From positions 41,963 through 105,962 of the IMG/VR virus record IMGVR_UViG_2711768162_000009: DNA of 64,000 bases. One strand, 5' to 3'. Positions within the stretch are counted from its first letter, which is position 1, and each line of letters opens with the position of its first letter. Below the pieces are notes generated by a model. The model had not been told where the DNA came from. It saw nothing but the letters and a program-made list of their open reading frames with translations, and ran no database searches. The position numbers were made by a program, and so were the translations under genes. This DNA is from a virus. Its lineage: Duplodnaviria > Caudoviricetes. Positions 47,171 through 56,768 of this stretch are shown here, piece by piece.

Positions 47171-47301
47171 TGTGAAAGCGCGTCCATAGATAGCGCTAAA
47201 TCGTCCGGAGAGCTTCCCTGAGCGCGTTCGTCCTCGACAGCTATACGATGACACTCGGAGCGATGGAACGGAGCTGACAAGCGAATTCTGAGCGATACCC
47301 C

Positions 47302-47330
47302 AAACCCCAGCCTATGCGCTGGGGTTTTCT
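47302..47330. terminator. Bidirectional intrinsic terminator
   Basis: AAACCCCAGC...GCTGGGGTTTT between convergent genes. Confidence 0.65.
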
Positions 47331-48118
47331 TCACTAGGCTGTTGCGGAAGTTTGTCCAGCCACCCTTTTAACGTGCGTATATCAGAGAGTCTCAAACTTA
47401 TCCATTGCGACTTCACAGTGCTATCCATGCTACCGATCTCTACAAGCCTATCTAATTCATCCACCATAGCCCGCTCAATACTATCGACTTCATAGTAAAG
47501 TGCGGTAGTTAAATTCAATCCTAGCACACAGTCTTTTATTTTGCGGGCCACCTCGTTAACAGAAAATTCAATCATTTCTGACATTTCGCCCAGAAGCCCT
47601 TCTTTCTCCAGGGTTCGAAAGAGACCTGATAACTCCGTTACGCGTGAATAATATCTGTAATCACCTCTTGACTCCATCTCTAGCTCGGCACACGTAGCTT
47701 TAACCTCGCTTCCCAATTGAAGCCTATAAAGATTCTTTAGGCTATTCTCCATCTTTTCTATCACATCTTCGCTTCTTGACACCGCGTCATTCAACTCAAC
47801 CACATAGTTACCGACAGAAATCACCTTTACGCGAGGGTATAAAAAATAGGCAGATGCCCCCACCACCCCGATGGTGAAAAGGGATACGGCAGCCCCTCCA
47901 TCAAAATCGTTCCGTAACAAAAGCAAGAGACTTAACAGGCCCGTCAAGATAACCATAGCGACTGACTCGGCAAATCTGACGGGTCTATGAAACTCAGTTG
48001 CCGAGCTTTCAATCAACGACTTTATTGGTGCAATAGAGCATCTGATAACGCCATGAAAAGCGCTTGTCCAAAACTTCTTCCAATCTTTATTCAGCCACCT
48101 CATGCGCGGGTCTCTCAT
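47312..48118 (-). CDS. AT-rich moron, membrane-anchored hypothetical protein (start uncertain)
   Basis: Opposite strand, visibly lower GC, two hydrophobic helices followed by a coiled coil. Confidence 0.65.
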   Translation of the reverse strand: MRDPRMRWLNKDWKKFWTSAFHGVIRCSIAPIKSLIESSATEFHRPVRFAESVAMVILTGLLSLLLLLRNDFDGGAAVSLFTIGVVGASAYFLYPRVKVISVGNYVVELNDAVSRSEDVIEKMENSLKNLYRLQLGSEVKATCAELEMESRGDYRYYSRVTELSGLFRTLEKEGLLGEMSEMIEFSVNEVARKIKDCVLGLNLTTALYYEVDSIERAMVDELDRLVEIGSMDSTVKSQWISLRLSDIRTLKGWLDKLPQQPSEENPSA

Positions 48119-48360
48119 TTATCAGGTTTTGTATATCTACCGCAGACGATATTCGATCACGGCTATGCTCTGATCCGCAAACCCTACCTTGGCCTCAAAA
48201 CAACAAACCCCCAGCCGAAGCCGAGGGTCGTCGCGATACAGTGTCATAGGCATCCGTGCCTACGTTTGGAGGCCGGCAAGGATATGCGCGATGACCGATC
48301 CGGTCTGTAAGCGATCTCCTACAACGGCTGTAGGAAATCGGCTACTCAAGGCGCCGCGCT

Positions 48361-48480
48361 CCGCTGCATCCGAGGCTCACCTGTCAGTCTGTCTACCCCT
48401 ATTGTTCTGTATTACTAGTTCTTCGGATGAGATATAGATAGAGGAAGTGAGGCATTTACTACAAGAACTTTGCCTTATGC
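48361..48480 (-). repeat. Right copy of ~130-bp diverged inverted repeat
   Basis: Reverse complement aligns to 7741-7873; core AGGCATTTACTACAA at 48450-48464. Confidence 0.8.
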
Positions 48481-48639
48481 TTCAGGCAGATACCTCGGAT
48501 GAGAAGGGCCGCCCTCGCCTCCGGCTCGTCGCCCCCAGGCACCCTCACGATGCCAGAATTTTCCGCTTCCTCTACCAATCCGTTTTCCGTTAGTCTAAGA
48601 TTCTCGAATGTAAGTCACAGCTTACTTACGGATAACGAC

Positions 48640-49467
48640 ATGGCCTCTCCCAAGAAAGCACCTAAGCCCCCAGTCCACGACCTGGACTCTCGGCCCATCA
48701 AGCATGTGCCCATGCTCGATCTGCCCGAGAACCTGATCGAGCGCTACCGCAGTCGTCGCGGGATCGAACTCTATCTGGAGATTCCCACCGAACAGCTCGA
48801 CAGCGCTGCCATCGACGCCATCCCCCGCGATCTGCTGGTGAAGGAAGCTGATCTCATGGGCGCCAAGTGGTTCGACTACCGCACACTGCACCCCTGGCAG
48901 GCCACTGCCCTGTTCCTCGAAGCCTACCGCTCGGAACACGCCTGGGTAATGCGAAAGCGCGAGGACGTCACCAACTTCTGGTTCCACAAGGGCATCAAGT
49001 GCTCAAAGCTGCACAACGCTGGCAAGCATCAGATGGTAGCGATCTGGAAGGCCCGTCAGGCTGCCGATACGGTGGGCTGCCCATACGACTTCTACTGCCG
49101 GGAACTGCTCGATTGGGCCGAACAGCGCTGCTGGACGAACCTGCCCCGGATGAATCAGCTCTACAGCGACGACCACCTCCAGGTCATGACCGAGAAGTGG
49201 GAGACCTCCAAGCGGGTCAAGCTCCGCACTGCCACCGACCCCTGCTACATGCGAGATGCCGGTGACGAGCCGCATCAGCAAGCCTATCGCGAATTTCTCG
49301 TAGCCCAGGCCAGGCGTCGATTCTCCCCGGAATACGCGCTTGCCAACTTGGTCTACGACAAGCAGCACCTCAATGAAGACGACGTGATTGAGCACTTCGG
49401 CCCGGACACCCTGCGCGCCTGCAAGCGTGTCGCGGTCGATCTGTATCCCGACTCGCCTCTCATTTGA
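48640..49467 (+). CDS. Hypothetical replication-region protein
   Basis: First gene of the helicase operon; KWFDYR, WKARQAAD motifs. Confidence 0.7.
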   Translation: MASPKKAPKPPVHDLDSRPIKHVPMLDLPENLIERYRSRRGIELYLEIPTEQLDSAAIDAIPRDLLVKEADLMGAKWFDYRTLHPWQATALFLEAYRSEHAWVMRKREDVTNFWFHKGIKCSKLHNAGKHQMVAIWKARQAADTVGCPYDFYCRELLDWAEQRCWTNLPRMNQLYSDDHLQVMTEKWETSKRVKLRTATDPCYMRDAGDEPHQQAYREFLVAQARRRFSPEYALANLVYDKQHLNEDDVIEHFGPDTLRACKRVAVDLYPDSPLI

Positions 49468-49530
49468 GCTAAACACCCACTAAGCGCTTACTTATTATTG
49501 ATACGCGCATCATCCATGAAGGAAAACGAA

Positions 49531-49845
49531 ATGCCACACGCTACTACTCGTCCCGTTCTGTCCGTCTCTAGCCGTCGTCGCATTGAGGCCAGCAAACAGA
49601 AGCCGGGACAGAAGCCAAAGAAGGAAGACGGCTCCAACCGTCGCAAGCTCGAGCAGCATGAGGCAGCCCTGATCCCGAGCATCCGTGCCGGCCGTCCGAT
49701 CACCATCGTTCTGATTGATGGCGACCGCCTCATCGACGTGACCCCGATTGGCTTCGACCGCTACACCATTGGCGTCGAGTATGACGGGTTCCGAGAGACC
49801 GTCTTCAAGTCCGCCATCGCCCGCATCATCTTCTCCGAAGAGTAA
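49531..49845 (+). CDS. Hfq/Sm-fold-like protein
   Basis: ITIVLIDG...IGFDRYTIGVE...TVFKSAIARI parallels Hfq Sm1/Sm2 (VSIYLVNG...FDQFVILL...VYKHAISTV). Confidence 0.7.
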   Translation: MPHATTRPVLSVSSRRRIEASKQKPGQKPKKEDGSNRRKLEQHEAALIPSIRAGRPITIVLIDGDRLIDVTPIGFDRYTIGVEYDGFRETVFKSAIARIIFSEE

Positions 49846-49851
49846 CCGGCA

Positions 49852-51243
49852 ATGAGTGCAAGTGCTGTCATCGCAAGCCTGGGAGCCGCCGCTGTAGCGG
49901 CTCCTTCCAGTGGCCCCTCTCCTTTCGAGCCCGAGTTCGAGACGAAGATTGTGGCGCACGTCTTGCGCGATGCGACCTTCATGCAGCAATGCGAAGAGCT
50001 TGTCGCACCGGACTTCTTCAGCGAGCAGAGCGCTCGCTATCTGGTGTCCATCGCCAAGAAGCACTACCGCAAGTATGAAAGCGTGCCGTCCTCTCGGACC
50101 CTGGTGAAATACGTCAAGGACGCCATCAAGACCGGCCGTATCAAGAAAGCGATGGTGCCGGACATTCAAGCGCTGCTGAAAGAGGCGTTTGAAGAACCGC
50201 TGTCAGACGGCAAGTTTGTCACCGAAGAGGTATCCACCTTCGCACGTCATCGCGCCCTCCAGAAAATGATGGAGAAGGTGATCGACGACATGGAGAAGGC
50301 TGAGACAACCGGCGTTGCTCTCGACTATGGCGAAATCGAGAAGCACATGAAGGACGTCGTAATGATCGGGGCGAATGACGCTTCGAACGGCTACGACTTC
50401 TTCGGCAACATTGCTGAACGGACTGAGGTTCGAGAAGAGATCGCCAGCGGCAAGATCAAGCCCGGCGAACGCTCTATCTCGACCGGCTACCCCGCTTTCG
50501 ACTCTCTTCTCTACCACAAGGGCTGGGGTCGCAAGGAAATGGTGGTGTTCATGGGGCCGCCCAAATCGGGCAAGTCCACCGCCCTGGGACAGTTCGCCAT
50601 CAATGCTGCTGTCGCCGGCTACGACACGCTCTACATCACACTTGAGGTAAGCGATCAGGTTATGTCTGACCGGATGGATGCCTCTATGTCGGGCACTCCG
50701 ATGGCCGAGTTGACCGATCGCTCAAGTTTGGTTAGAGAAGAGATCGAGAAGCTGGCGGCAAGTAGTGGCAAACTGATTCTGCATCAGTATCCTACGGGGT
50801 CGTTCACCCCGAATCAGCTTGTCCGGCTCATTGAGCACTACAAGGCAAGGGGCACTGTGTTCGATATGGTGGTCGTCGACTATGGTGACATCATGGCGCC
50901 GAATCATCGAACTACAGACCCCATCGAGAACTCGAAAAGCATCTACGTTGACCTGCGGGCGGCTGCAATGGCCTATGACGTAGCACTATTGACCGCCACT
51001 CAGACCAATCGCGACGGTGCAAAGGCTGCCGTAGCGACGATGACAGAGGTTGCGGAAGACTTTAACAAGATTCGCATTGCTGACCTTGTGATTTCGATCA
51101 ACAAGAGTGAGGAAGAGAAAGCGAACCAGGAAGCACGCCTATATTTCGCGGCGTCTCGAAATCAGAAAAGTGACATTTGCATCCGGGTCAAGCAAGACCT
51201 CGAGCGAATGCAGTTCCTGAAAAAGATAATCGACGTGACCTGA
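49852..51243 (+). CDS. DnaB-like replicative helicase
   Basis: ISTGY..FD, GPPKSGKS, YITLE, VVVDY, TATQTNR, ADLVISI. Confidence 0.92.
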   Translation: MSASAVIASLGAAAVAAPSSGPSPFEPEFETKIVAHVLRDATFMQQCEELVAPDFFSEQSARYLVSIAKKHYRKYESVPSSRTLVKYVKDAIKTGRIKKAMVPDIQALLKEAFEEPLSDGKFVTEEVSTFARHRALQKMMEKVIDDMEKAETTGVALDYGEIEKHMKDVVMIGANDASNGYDFFGNIAERTEVREEIASGKIKPGERSISTGYPAFDSLLYHKGWGRKEMVVFMGPPKSGKSTALGQFAINAAVAGYDTLYITLEVSDQVMSDRMDASMSGTPMAELTDRSSLVREEIEKLAASSGKLILHQYPTGSFTPNQLVRLIEHYKARGTVFDMVVVDYGDIMAPNHRTTDPIENSKSIYVDLRAAAMAYDVALLTATQTNRDGAKAAVATMTEVAEDFNKIRIADLVISINKSEEEKANQEARLYFAASRNQKSDICIRVKQDLERMQFLKKIIDVT

Positions 51244-51276
51244 CTGGTAACGTCCTAAAGATGGGCAGAGGACGAT

Positions 51277-51501
51277 ATGACAGACGATGCTGAGAAGCAG
51301 AGATTGCGGCGCCTAGCTGCCGAGCGCGCACGCAGAGCCAGAGCCGGTAAAGTGCAGGTGTCTTTCGCCACTTCACCTGAGATACGCGATACGCTCCGTC
51401 AAATGGCGAAGGATCACGGCTACGTCAACCAGGCTGGCGAGCCTGTTCTGAAGGACTTTCTTGAGGGTCTGGCAAAAGGCTATCAAGGGATCAACGAGTA
51501 G
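51277..51501 (+). CDS. Small hypothetical protein (possible DNA-binding)
   Basis: GAGGA RBS; basic helix then VQVSF strand-helix-helix. Confidence 0.55.
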   Translation: MTDDAEKQRLRRLAAERARRARAGKVQVSFATSPEIRDTLRQMAKDHGYVNQAGEPVLKDFLEGLAKGYQGINE

Positions 51502-51510
51502 CTGCCAATG

Positions 51511-51530
51511 AGGGGCTTCGGCCCCTTTTT
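51511..51530 (+). terminator. Intrinsic terminator
   Basis: GGGGC-TTCG-GCCCC-TTTTT. Confidence 0.8.
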
Positions 51531-51562
51531 CTTCCACCTAAACAGTAAGTAATGAGTGACTT

Positions 51563-52138
51563 ATGAAAGCCCACCCTTTGTTATCCGCAGCCGCGGGCAC
51601 AGTCTTGATGCTCTCAGCCACCATGGCTCCGGTAGAACATGCAGAAGCCAAGTTCACCTCTATGAGTTCTGCCCGCAGCATGAGCGTCAGCCGCCCTTCT
51701 CTTCGTTCGACGCCCACGCGGACAGCCAGACCAACTACGAGCACCAGGACGTCACGTTCGTCAGCACCCCGCCGGCCAACACACCACTCATCCACTACCA
51801 CTTCGGCCACCACTGGGGCGGTGACAGGAGCCGCCACGGCTATCATTGCCGCAGAGCTGATTGACGAACTTGGGGATCTGGCTGCACCAGATTTCCCAGA
51901 GGCGGCTACACCCGTCGCAGTATCAGATGGAAAACAGCCCGGTGTGATCCGCTGCGAGCGACTGGAGCCAACCGGCTGCTCGATGCCAAAGGGGCTGTTC
52001 GATCGCCGCGTGGTGCCCTTCGTGGACTACGTGGAAGACAAGACAGGCTTTGAAGGCGTCAGGGTCGTCAGCCTGCAAGCCTACCCCCATGCAGACAGTA
52101 AGCAGCTCATGTCCGGCTTCATCTACTTCGAACACTGA
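51563..52138 (+). CDS. Exported hypothetical protein with Ser/Thr/Arg-rich linker
   Basis: Signal peptide ending AEA; low-complexity segment. Confidence 0.6.
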   Translation: MKAHPLLSAAAGTVLMLSATMAPVEHAEAKFTSMSSARSMSVSRPSLRSTPTRTARPTTSTRTSRSSAPRRPTHHSSTTTSATTGAVTGAATAIIAAELIDELGDLAAPDFPEAATPVAVSDGKQPGVIRCERLEPTGCSMPKGLFDRRVVPFVDYVEDKTGFEGVRVVSLQAYPHADSKQLMSGFIYFEH

Positions 52139-52199
52139 CTGCCTCGAACATCACTGCGATAGTGCTTGTCACGCACACGACGCAGCAAAGGAAGCGATC

Positions 52200-52559
52200 A
52201 TGGCCACCAATACCCTATTCAGGCTCAAACGACCCTGTGCCAACTGCCCGTTTCGCGCTGACGACCAGGCCATTGACCTAGCGCCTGGACGTATCGAAAG
52301 CATTGCCGAAGAGATCACCAGTGGAGACGGCCTGCTCTTCTACTGCCACAAGACGCTCAGTGGCGACCGCGATCACGACGACGAAGATGGCTACGAGCCA
52401 GGCGCAAGCGATTCCGTCTGCGCGGGCTCACTGATCTTCCAGATGAAAGCCGGCCGCGTGCCCATCCCCGCCCGGTTTGCCTTCATGACTGATCGCGAAT
52501 TCCCCAACAGGCTCTCAAGTCAGTTCGACAGCGTGATCGACCCGGAGGACGTGCTATGA
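52200..52559 (+). CDS. Cys-rich phage hypothetical protein
   Basis: PCANCPFR...FYCHKT...CAG metal-binding pattern. Confidence 0.7.
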   Translation: MATNTLFRLKRPCANCPFRADDQAIDLAPGRIESIAEEITSGDGLLFYCHKTLSGDRDHDDEDGYEPGASDSVCAGSLIFQMKAGRVPIPARFAFMTDREFPNRLSSQFDSVIDPEDVL

Positions 52560-52849
52560 GCAAGCGCGAGGTGGGCCGTTACTGGCTCAAGATGGATGAC
52601 GAGTGGACGATTGGGTTCTGGGACGGCCACTGCTGGGATGATGGCGAGCACTTCGGCCTCTCTGACAGTGACTACGAACAAGTTGGCCCACCCCCGCTCA
52701 CGCCTGATGACCTGCAAGGCCATAACCTGGAACAGCGGAAGATAGGTGCTGCTGATTTCCGAGCAGAGGTCTCGGCGTCACTCAACATCGTCCTGCGGCC
52801 TCACATCGAGGGCGTGTTTCAAGCCTGGCTCCGTCGGCAGGACAGCTAA
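52556..52849 (+). CDS. Hypothetical protein
   Basis: GGAGG RBS, ATGA overlap. Confidence 0.6.
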   Translation: MSKREVGRYWLKMDDEWTIGFWDGHCWDDGEHFGLSDSDYEQVGPPPLTPDDLQGHNLEQRKIGAADFRAEVSASLNIVLRPHIEGVFQAWLRRQDS

Positions 52850-52919
52850 CGCACTGTCTCACCATCACTCAGCGCAGCATACTTGCGTCTGAAAAAGTAA
52901 GTAACGAGTGACTGCACAC

Positions 52920-53999
52920 ATGGCAAATCTCAAAAAGCTGCTCGAAGACCTGGACATGAGGGACTATCTCGACACCCAGGGCATCACTTACAAAACCTCT
53001 CGCTCTCGGAAAGGGCTACAGCTCATTGTGAAAGAGTGCCCCGTCTGTGGCAGTGACAAGTGGAAGGTCTACCTCAACGAGCGCACCGGGCTAGGGAACT
53101 GTTTTGATGGCGACCATCCCCCTGGCGAGAACTTCAACAAGTGGTCGTTCGTAAAAGCCAACATCGGTGCTACCAGCGGCAAGCAAGTCGCAGAGCACCT
53201 TGAGCAATACATGGAAGACCTGGGCTTTGTCATTGAGCGTGACCGCCGTGAGGTGAGCTACGAGGCCATCACCGACCTGCCAGAGCCATCGACCCCGATG
53301 CCCGATAGGGAGGGTCGTATCGCGACCTACCTGTGGGAGCGAAACGTGACGGCCAGGGCCTGCGAATACTTCAAGCTGAGGTTCTGTTCTGAAGGCAGGT
53401 TCCGCTTCAAGCAAGACGGGCGCGAGGGCTACCAGGACTTCTCCATGCGCGTAATCATCCCGGTGTTCGACATTACCGGCGACTACCGCACATTCCAGGG
53501 ACGGGACATTACCGGCACCGCAGACGACAAGTATCGCTTCGCGATGGGAATGCCAGCTTCGGGTGCCTATCTCTACAACGGGCATAACGCTCTTGGCAAA
53601 GCACACGTCATCGTCAGCGAAGGCGCTTTCGACGTGTGGTCGATCCAGCAGTTTCTGTGGGATCAGGGCATGACCGACGTCGAAGCCATTGGGACGTTCG
53701 GCAAGCACCTCTCTCAGACAAGCGATAACGAGGAAGACCAGCTTTCGGCTTTCCTCATGCTGCGTGACGCCGGCCTCAAGTCGGTGACGTTCATGTGGGA
53801 TGCCGAACCCGCTGCCATACGCGACGCCCTAGCTGCTTGTGACCTGCTTGAGTCACACGGCATCAAGTGTCGCTTTGCGCAGCTCCCACCGGGCCTCGAC
53901 CCCAACGAGGCCACCCCTGCGGAGATCGGTGCCGCTATCGCCAGCGCAAAGCCTTACTCGAAGGCCCTTCGAAACCGGCTGCGCTTAAAAATGCTGTGA
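52920..53999 (+). CDS. DNA primase (Zn finger + TOPRIM)
   Basis: CPVC...GNCF, FQGR, VSEGAFD, FMWDAE, DPNE. Confidence 0.9.
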   Translation: MANLKKLLEDLDMRDYLDTQGITYKTSRSRKGLQLIVKECPVCGSDKWKVYLNERTGLGNCFDGDHPPGENFNKWSFVKANIGATSGKQVAEHLEQYMEDLGFVIERDRREVSYEAITDLPEPSTPMPDREGRIATYLWERNVTARACEYFKLRFCSEGRFRFKQDGREGYQDFSMRVIIPVFDITGDYRTFQGRDITGTADDKYRFAMGMPASGAYLYNGHNALGKAHVIVSEGAFDVWSIQQFLWDQGMTDVEAIGTFGKHLSQTSDNEEDQLSAFLMLRDAGLKSVTFMWDAEPAAIRDALAACDLLESHGIKCRFAQLPPGLDPNEATPAEIGAAIASAKPYSKALRNRLRLKML

Positions 54000-54059
54000 C
54001 AACCAGCATTCTTATACATAGAATAGTAAGTAACGAGTTACTTTCCTAACGGAGACAAC

Positions 54060-54839
54060 ATGCAAGCCTCACAAGTAGACGCCACCATCACCAACGAAGA
54101 CAGCGTTGTCATTCCCTACGTCTCGGGACGGATGCTGGCTGAGATCAAGGAAGGTGTAGGGGCCACCCAGCGAGGCGCCCTGTGCATCCACAACGAGCTT
54201 GGCAGTAACAAGTCGGCCGTCCTCCCTCTCAACCACCTTTGGGAGATCGAGACGTTGAGCGTGGTCGGCCCCGACTCCGATAAGCAAGACGCTGACCCCG
54301 AGTGGTTCACCAAGCTGGTTGAGGTCATGGAGCCCACCACCGTTAAGAAGGCGAATAACTTGATGGACGAGTTGGTCGCCATCAGCGACGACTTCGCCAT
54401 TGATCGCTATTTCCAGGTCAACCTGCTGATCGACAAGACTGCGACCGCCACTGTCGCTGACGAGTCGCTACGTGCAATGGTCCGGCTCGGGCCTGTCCGC
54501 TATGAAATCCTGGCTGGCGACTCACCCAAGAAGGCCGACTATCGCACGGTAGTAGAGGCGCAGCGCTACGTCTCCAACGGCCACATCCTTGAGGTGCTGC
54601 TCAACGCCACCATCGCGAAGGTATGGGACACCACCGAACTGGATTGCAGCAGCCGGGTAACACGCGACTGGCGGTGGCTGGGTGCGCAATACCTGACCAA
54701 GAACACCAGGGGCAACCTCTTCCCTCAGCTAGTGCCGCAGATCACGCAGATCATGCGTGACGAGGAAATGGCCCTGATGAAAGGCAGCAACGAGGAATGG
54801 GGAGCCCTTGCCGCCCTCACGTCCGCAATCAATAGGTGA
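54060..54839 (+). CDS. Hypothetical protein
   Basis: GGAG RBS, 259 aa, phage-like codon usage. Confidence 0.7.
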   Translation: MQASQVDATITNEDSVVIPYVSGRMLAEIKEGVGATQRGALCIHNELGSNKSAVLPLNHLWEIETLSVVGPDSDKQDADPEWFTKLVEVMEPTTVKKANNLMDELVAISDDFAIDRYFQVNLLIDKTATATVADESLRAMVRLGPVRYEILAGDSPKKADYRTVVEAQRYVSNGHILEVLLNATIAKVWDTTELDCSSRVTRDWRWLGAQYLTKNTRGNLFPQLVPQITQIMRDEEMALMKGSNEEWGALAALTSAINR

Positions 54840-54843
54840 TGCC

Positions 54844-55368
54844 ATGCCGCCACGCCAAATCCCTCTGTCGATGACAGGCGACAACTGCTACAGCCACTCT
54901 TGCGAGCCGACTGGCCGACAAGCGAGCTATGCCGTCTGCCAACACACTGTCTGGGCGTTCAAAGAGGGGCGCCTGAAGGGCTTCGAGGACTGCAAGGCTG
55001 CGCTTGATAAACGTGCCTGCCCGGCTATCCGGATGATGCTCGAAGAGAAGAAAGCGGGTAAGCCGCTCTACCTGGAATCGTATCAAGCGTTGGTGGAAGC
55101 GAGACTCAAGCGGCAGCAAGAGCGCGACGAGAAGGCTGGCGAGAACAAGTGGCGTGATCGAGTGATGGCCTCGACCGCCAAGCAGTCCGCTGAAGAGTTG
55201 GCTGCCAAGGACCAAGCGGTCGTCGAGAGGCTGACGGTGCTCGATGACACGGTGCAGCAGCGCATTGCCAAGAGCCGGCAGTCTCGCAAGCCAAAAGCTG
55301 AACCGCAGACAGGCGACAACATGTTCGCGGAAGTGGTGAATGACATGATCAACGAGAAGGCGTCATAG
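54844..55368 (+). CDS. Hypothetical protein
   Basis: Cys-containing N-terminus, charged C-terminus. Confidence 0.65.
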   Translation: MPPRQIPLSMTGDNCYSHSCEPTGRQASYAVCQHTVWAFKEGRLKGFEDCKAALDKRACPAIRMMLEEKKAGKPLYLESYQALVEARLKRQQERDEKAGENKWRDRVMASTAKQSAEELAAKDQAVVERLTVLDDTVQQRIAKSRQSRKPKAEPQTGDNMFAEVVNDMINEKAS

Positions 55369-55447
55369 GGGTTGCGTCCCGCGTCTCACGCTTCTACCCC
55401 TGATGAAACGACGCGATACTGACGTCATCAACAGCGGAGAACGTGAG

Positions 55448-55579
55448 ATGCGGACCTTCCTGACCCTTGTCGAGATCACAACGCGGTGTTTCGACGCCGC
55501 GCTGAAGTTGGCGGGCTTGGCGTTGCTAGCCGCCCCGCTGTTTTACCTGGCGTGCTTCGCCTATCTAGCTATTTTCTAA
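55448..55579 (+). CDS. Small hydrophobic peptide (43 aa; not in ORF track)
   Basis: GGAG RBS; MRTFLTLVEITTRCFDAALKLAGLALLAAPLFYLACFAYLAIF. Confidence 0.45.
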   Translation: MRTFLTLVEITTRCFDAALKLAGLALLAAPLFYLACFAYLAIF

Positions 55580-55587
55580 GGGATTTT

Positions 55588-55821
55588 ATGCTGAACATCA
55601 TCAAACTCATTTGGCTGCGTCGGAAGGCTCGTCGGATCGCGCTGTCCATTCACGCTCAGCTCGACAGTATGCCCTGTGGCGTTCACATGGCATTGCAGCT
55701 ACGCCCCGGTCTGCTCTCGAGGGCCGAGCGCTTCGACGCCATCATGGATCGCATTCGCGAGATAGACCCGAAGGCACCCACCGGATCACTCGCGTCGCAG
55801 CTCAAAAGCGCTCAACAGTAA
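55588..55821 (+). CDS. Hypothetical protein
   Basis: AAGGGA RBS, MLNIIKL start. Confidence 0.6.
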   Translation: MLNIIKLIWLRRKARRIALSIHAQLDSMPCGVHMALQLRPGLLSRAERFDAIMDRIREIDPKAPTGSLASQLKSAQQ

Positions 55822-55900
55822 CAAACCCCAATGGATACAGCGCTATAGTTGTATTCGAATCAGGAAGTCACTGATTACTTACCAACGATAGAGGCACAAC

Positions 55901-56587
55901 ATGACTACCACTGTAAAAGCTCCCAAGACTCGTCTGAACAGCGTCATCCGCAGCGCCATCGTGAACAAGTGCATCGCCGATACCGTCGGCAAGCGAGTGG
56001 TGGCGTTGCTCAAAGAGGAAGGCGAACTGGCTCGAGAGGCACGAAAGCTCAGCTTTGGCGGCCAGATCGACCAGATCGAGAAAGCCATCCAGAGCCTGCA
56101 CGCGGCTGAGAAGAAGCTGGAGAAGGAAACCCAGAAGTCGGTTTACGTGAACACCTCAAACATCATGGGCAGAGGGCTGAACGTCAACATTCGCGGCATG
56201 ACCCATCACCTCAGCTTTGTCTCAGAGCCGGTCATCGCCACCCACAGCATGAAGTCGTCTCGCCTGGAATACTTCAGTGAATCCGACTACCTCGCCACCG
56301 ACGGCGCGTCTTACGGGTCGCAGGTCATCGTCCGTAACGAGGATCTTCAGAACCGCATCCTGGCGAACCGCGACGCCCTCGAAGACCTTGAGTCCGAAGC
56401 CGTCACCATCCTGTCCACGATCAAGGCTCTCCTGCGTAGCTGCCAGACCCTGGAGAAGCTGCTGGAAATGTGGCCGGAGGCCAAGGACTACATCCCCGAC
56501 GACCTGTCACCGAAAACCGTTGAAACCGCTGGGCTGCCGATCTCCATCAGCGACCTCAACAACAAGCTCACCAACCTGGCCGCCTGA
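55901..56587 (+). CDS. Nmad5-like (nucleotide-modification-associated domain 5) protein
   Basis: TRLNSVIRSAI N-terminus and TLEKLLEMWPEAKDYIP C-terminal motif. Confidence 0.65.
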   Translation: MTTTVKAPKTRLNSVIRSAIVNKCIADTVGKRVVALLKEEGELAREARKLSFGGQIDQIEKAIQSLHAAEKKLEKETQKSVYVNTSNIMGRGLNVNIRGMTHHLSFVSEPVIATHSMKSSRLEYFSESDYLATDGASYGSQVIVRNEDLQNRILANRDALEDLESEAVTILSTIKALLRSCQTLEKLLEMWPEAKDYIPDDLSPKTVETAGLPISISDLNNKLTNLAA

Positions 56588-56588
56588 C

Positions 56589-56768
56589 ATGAAGCTCAAG
56601 CACAAACTGATGCTGGGCCTCGCCGCCGTCGTGATCGTGATCCTCATGGTCGCGTCGGCTGCCAAGACCCTCAAGCTGCTCACTTGGTTGTTGGCGTTCA
56701 TAGGTGCCTACGCCATCTACCGCACCCTGAAAAACAAGGCACACAACAGCAAAAGGAAACCCTCATGA
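56589..56768 (+). CDS. Small membrane protein
   Basis: Two hydrophobic stretches; ATGA overlap with TAXI gene. Confidence 0.6.
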   Translation: MKLKHKLMLGLAAVVIVILMVASAAKTLKLLTWLLAFIGAYAIYRTLKNKAHNSKRKPS

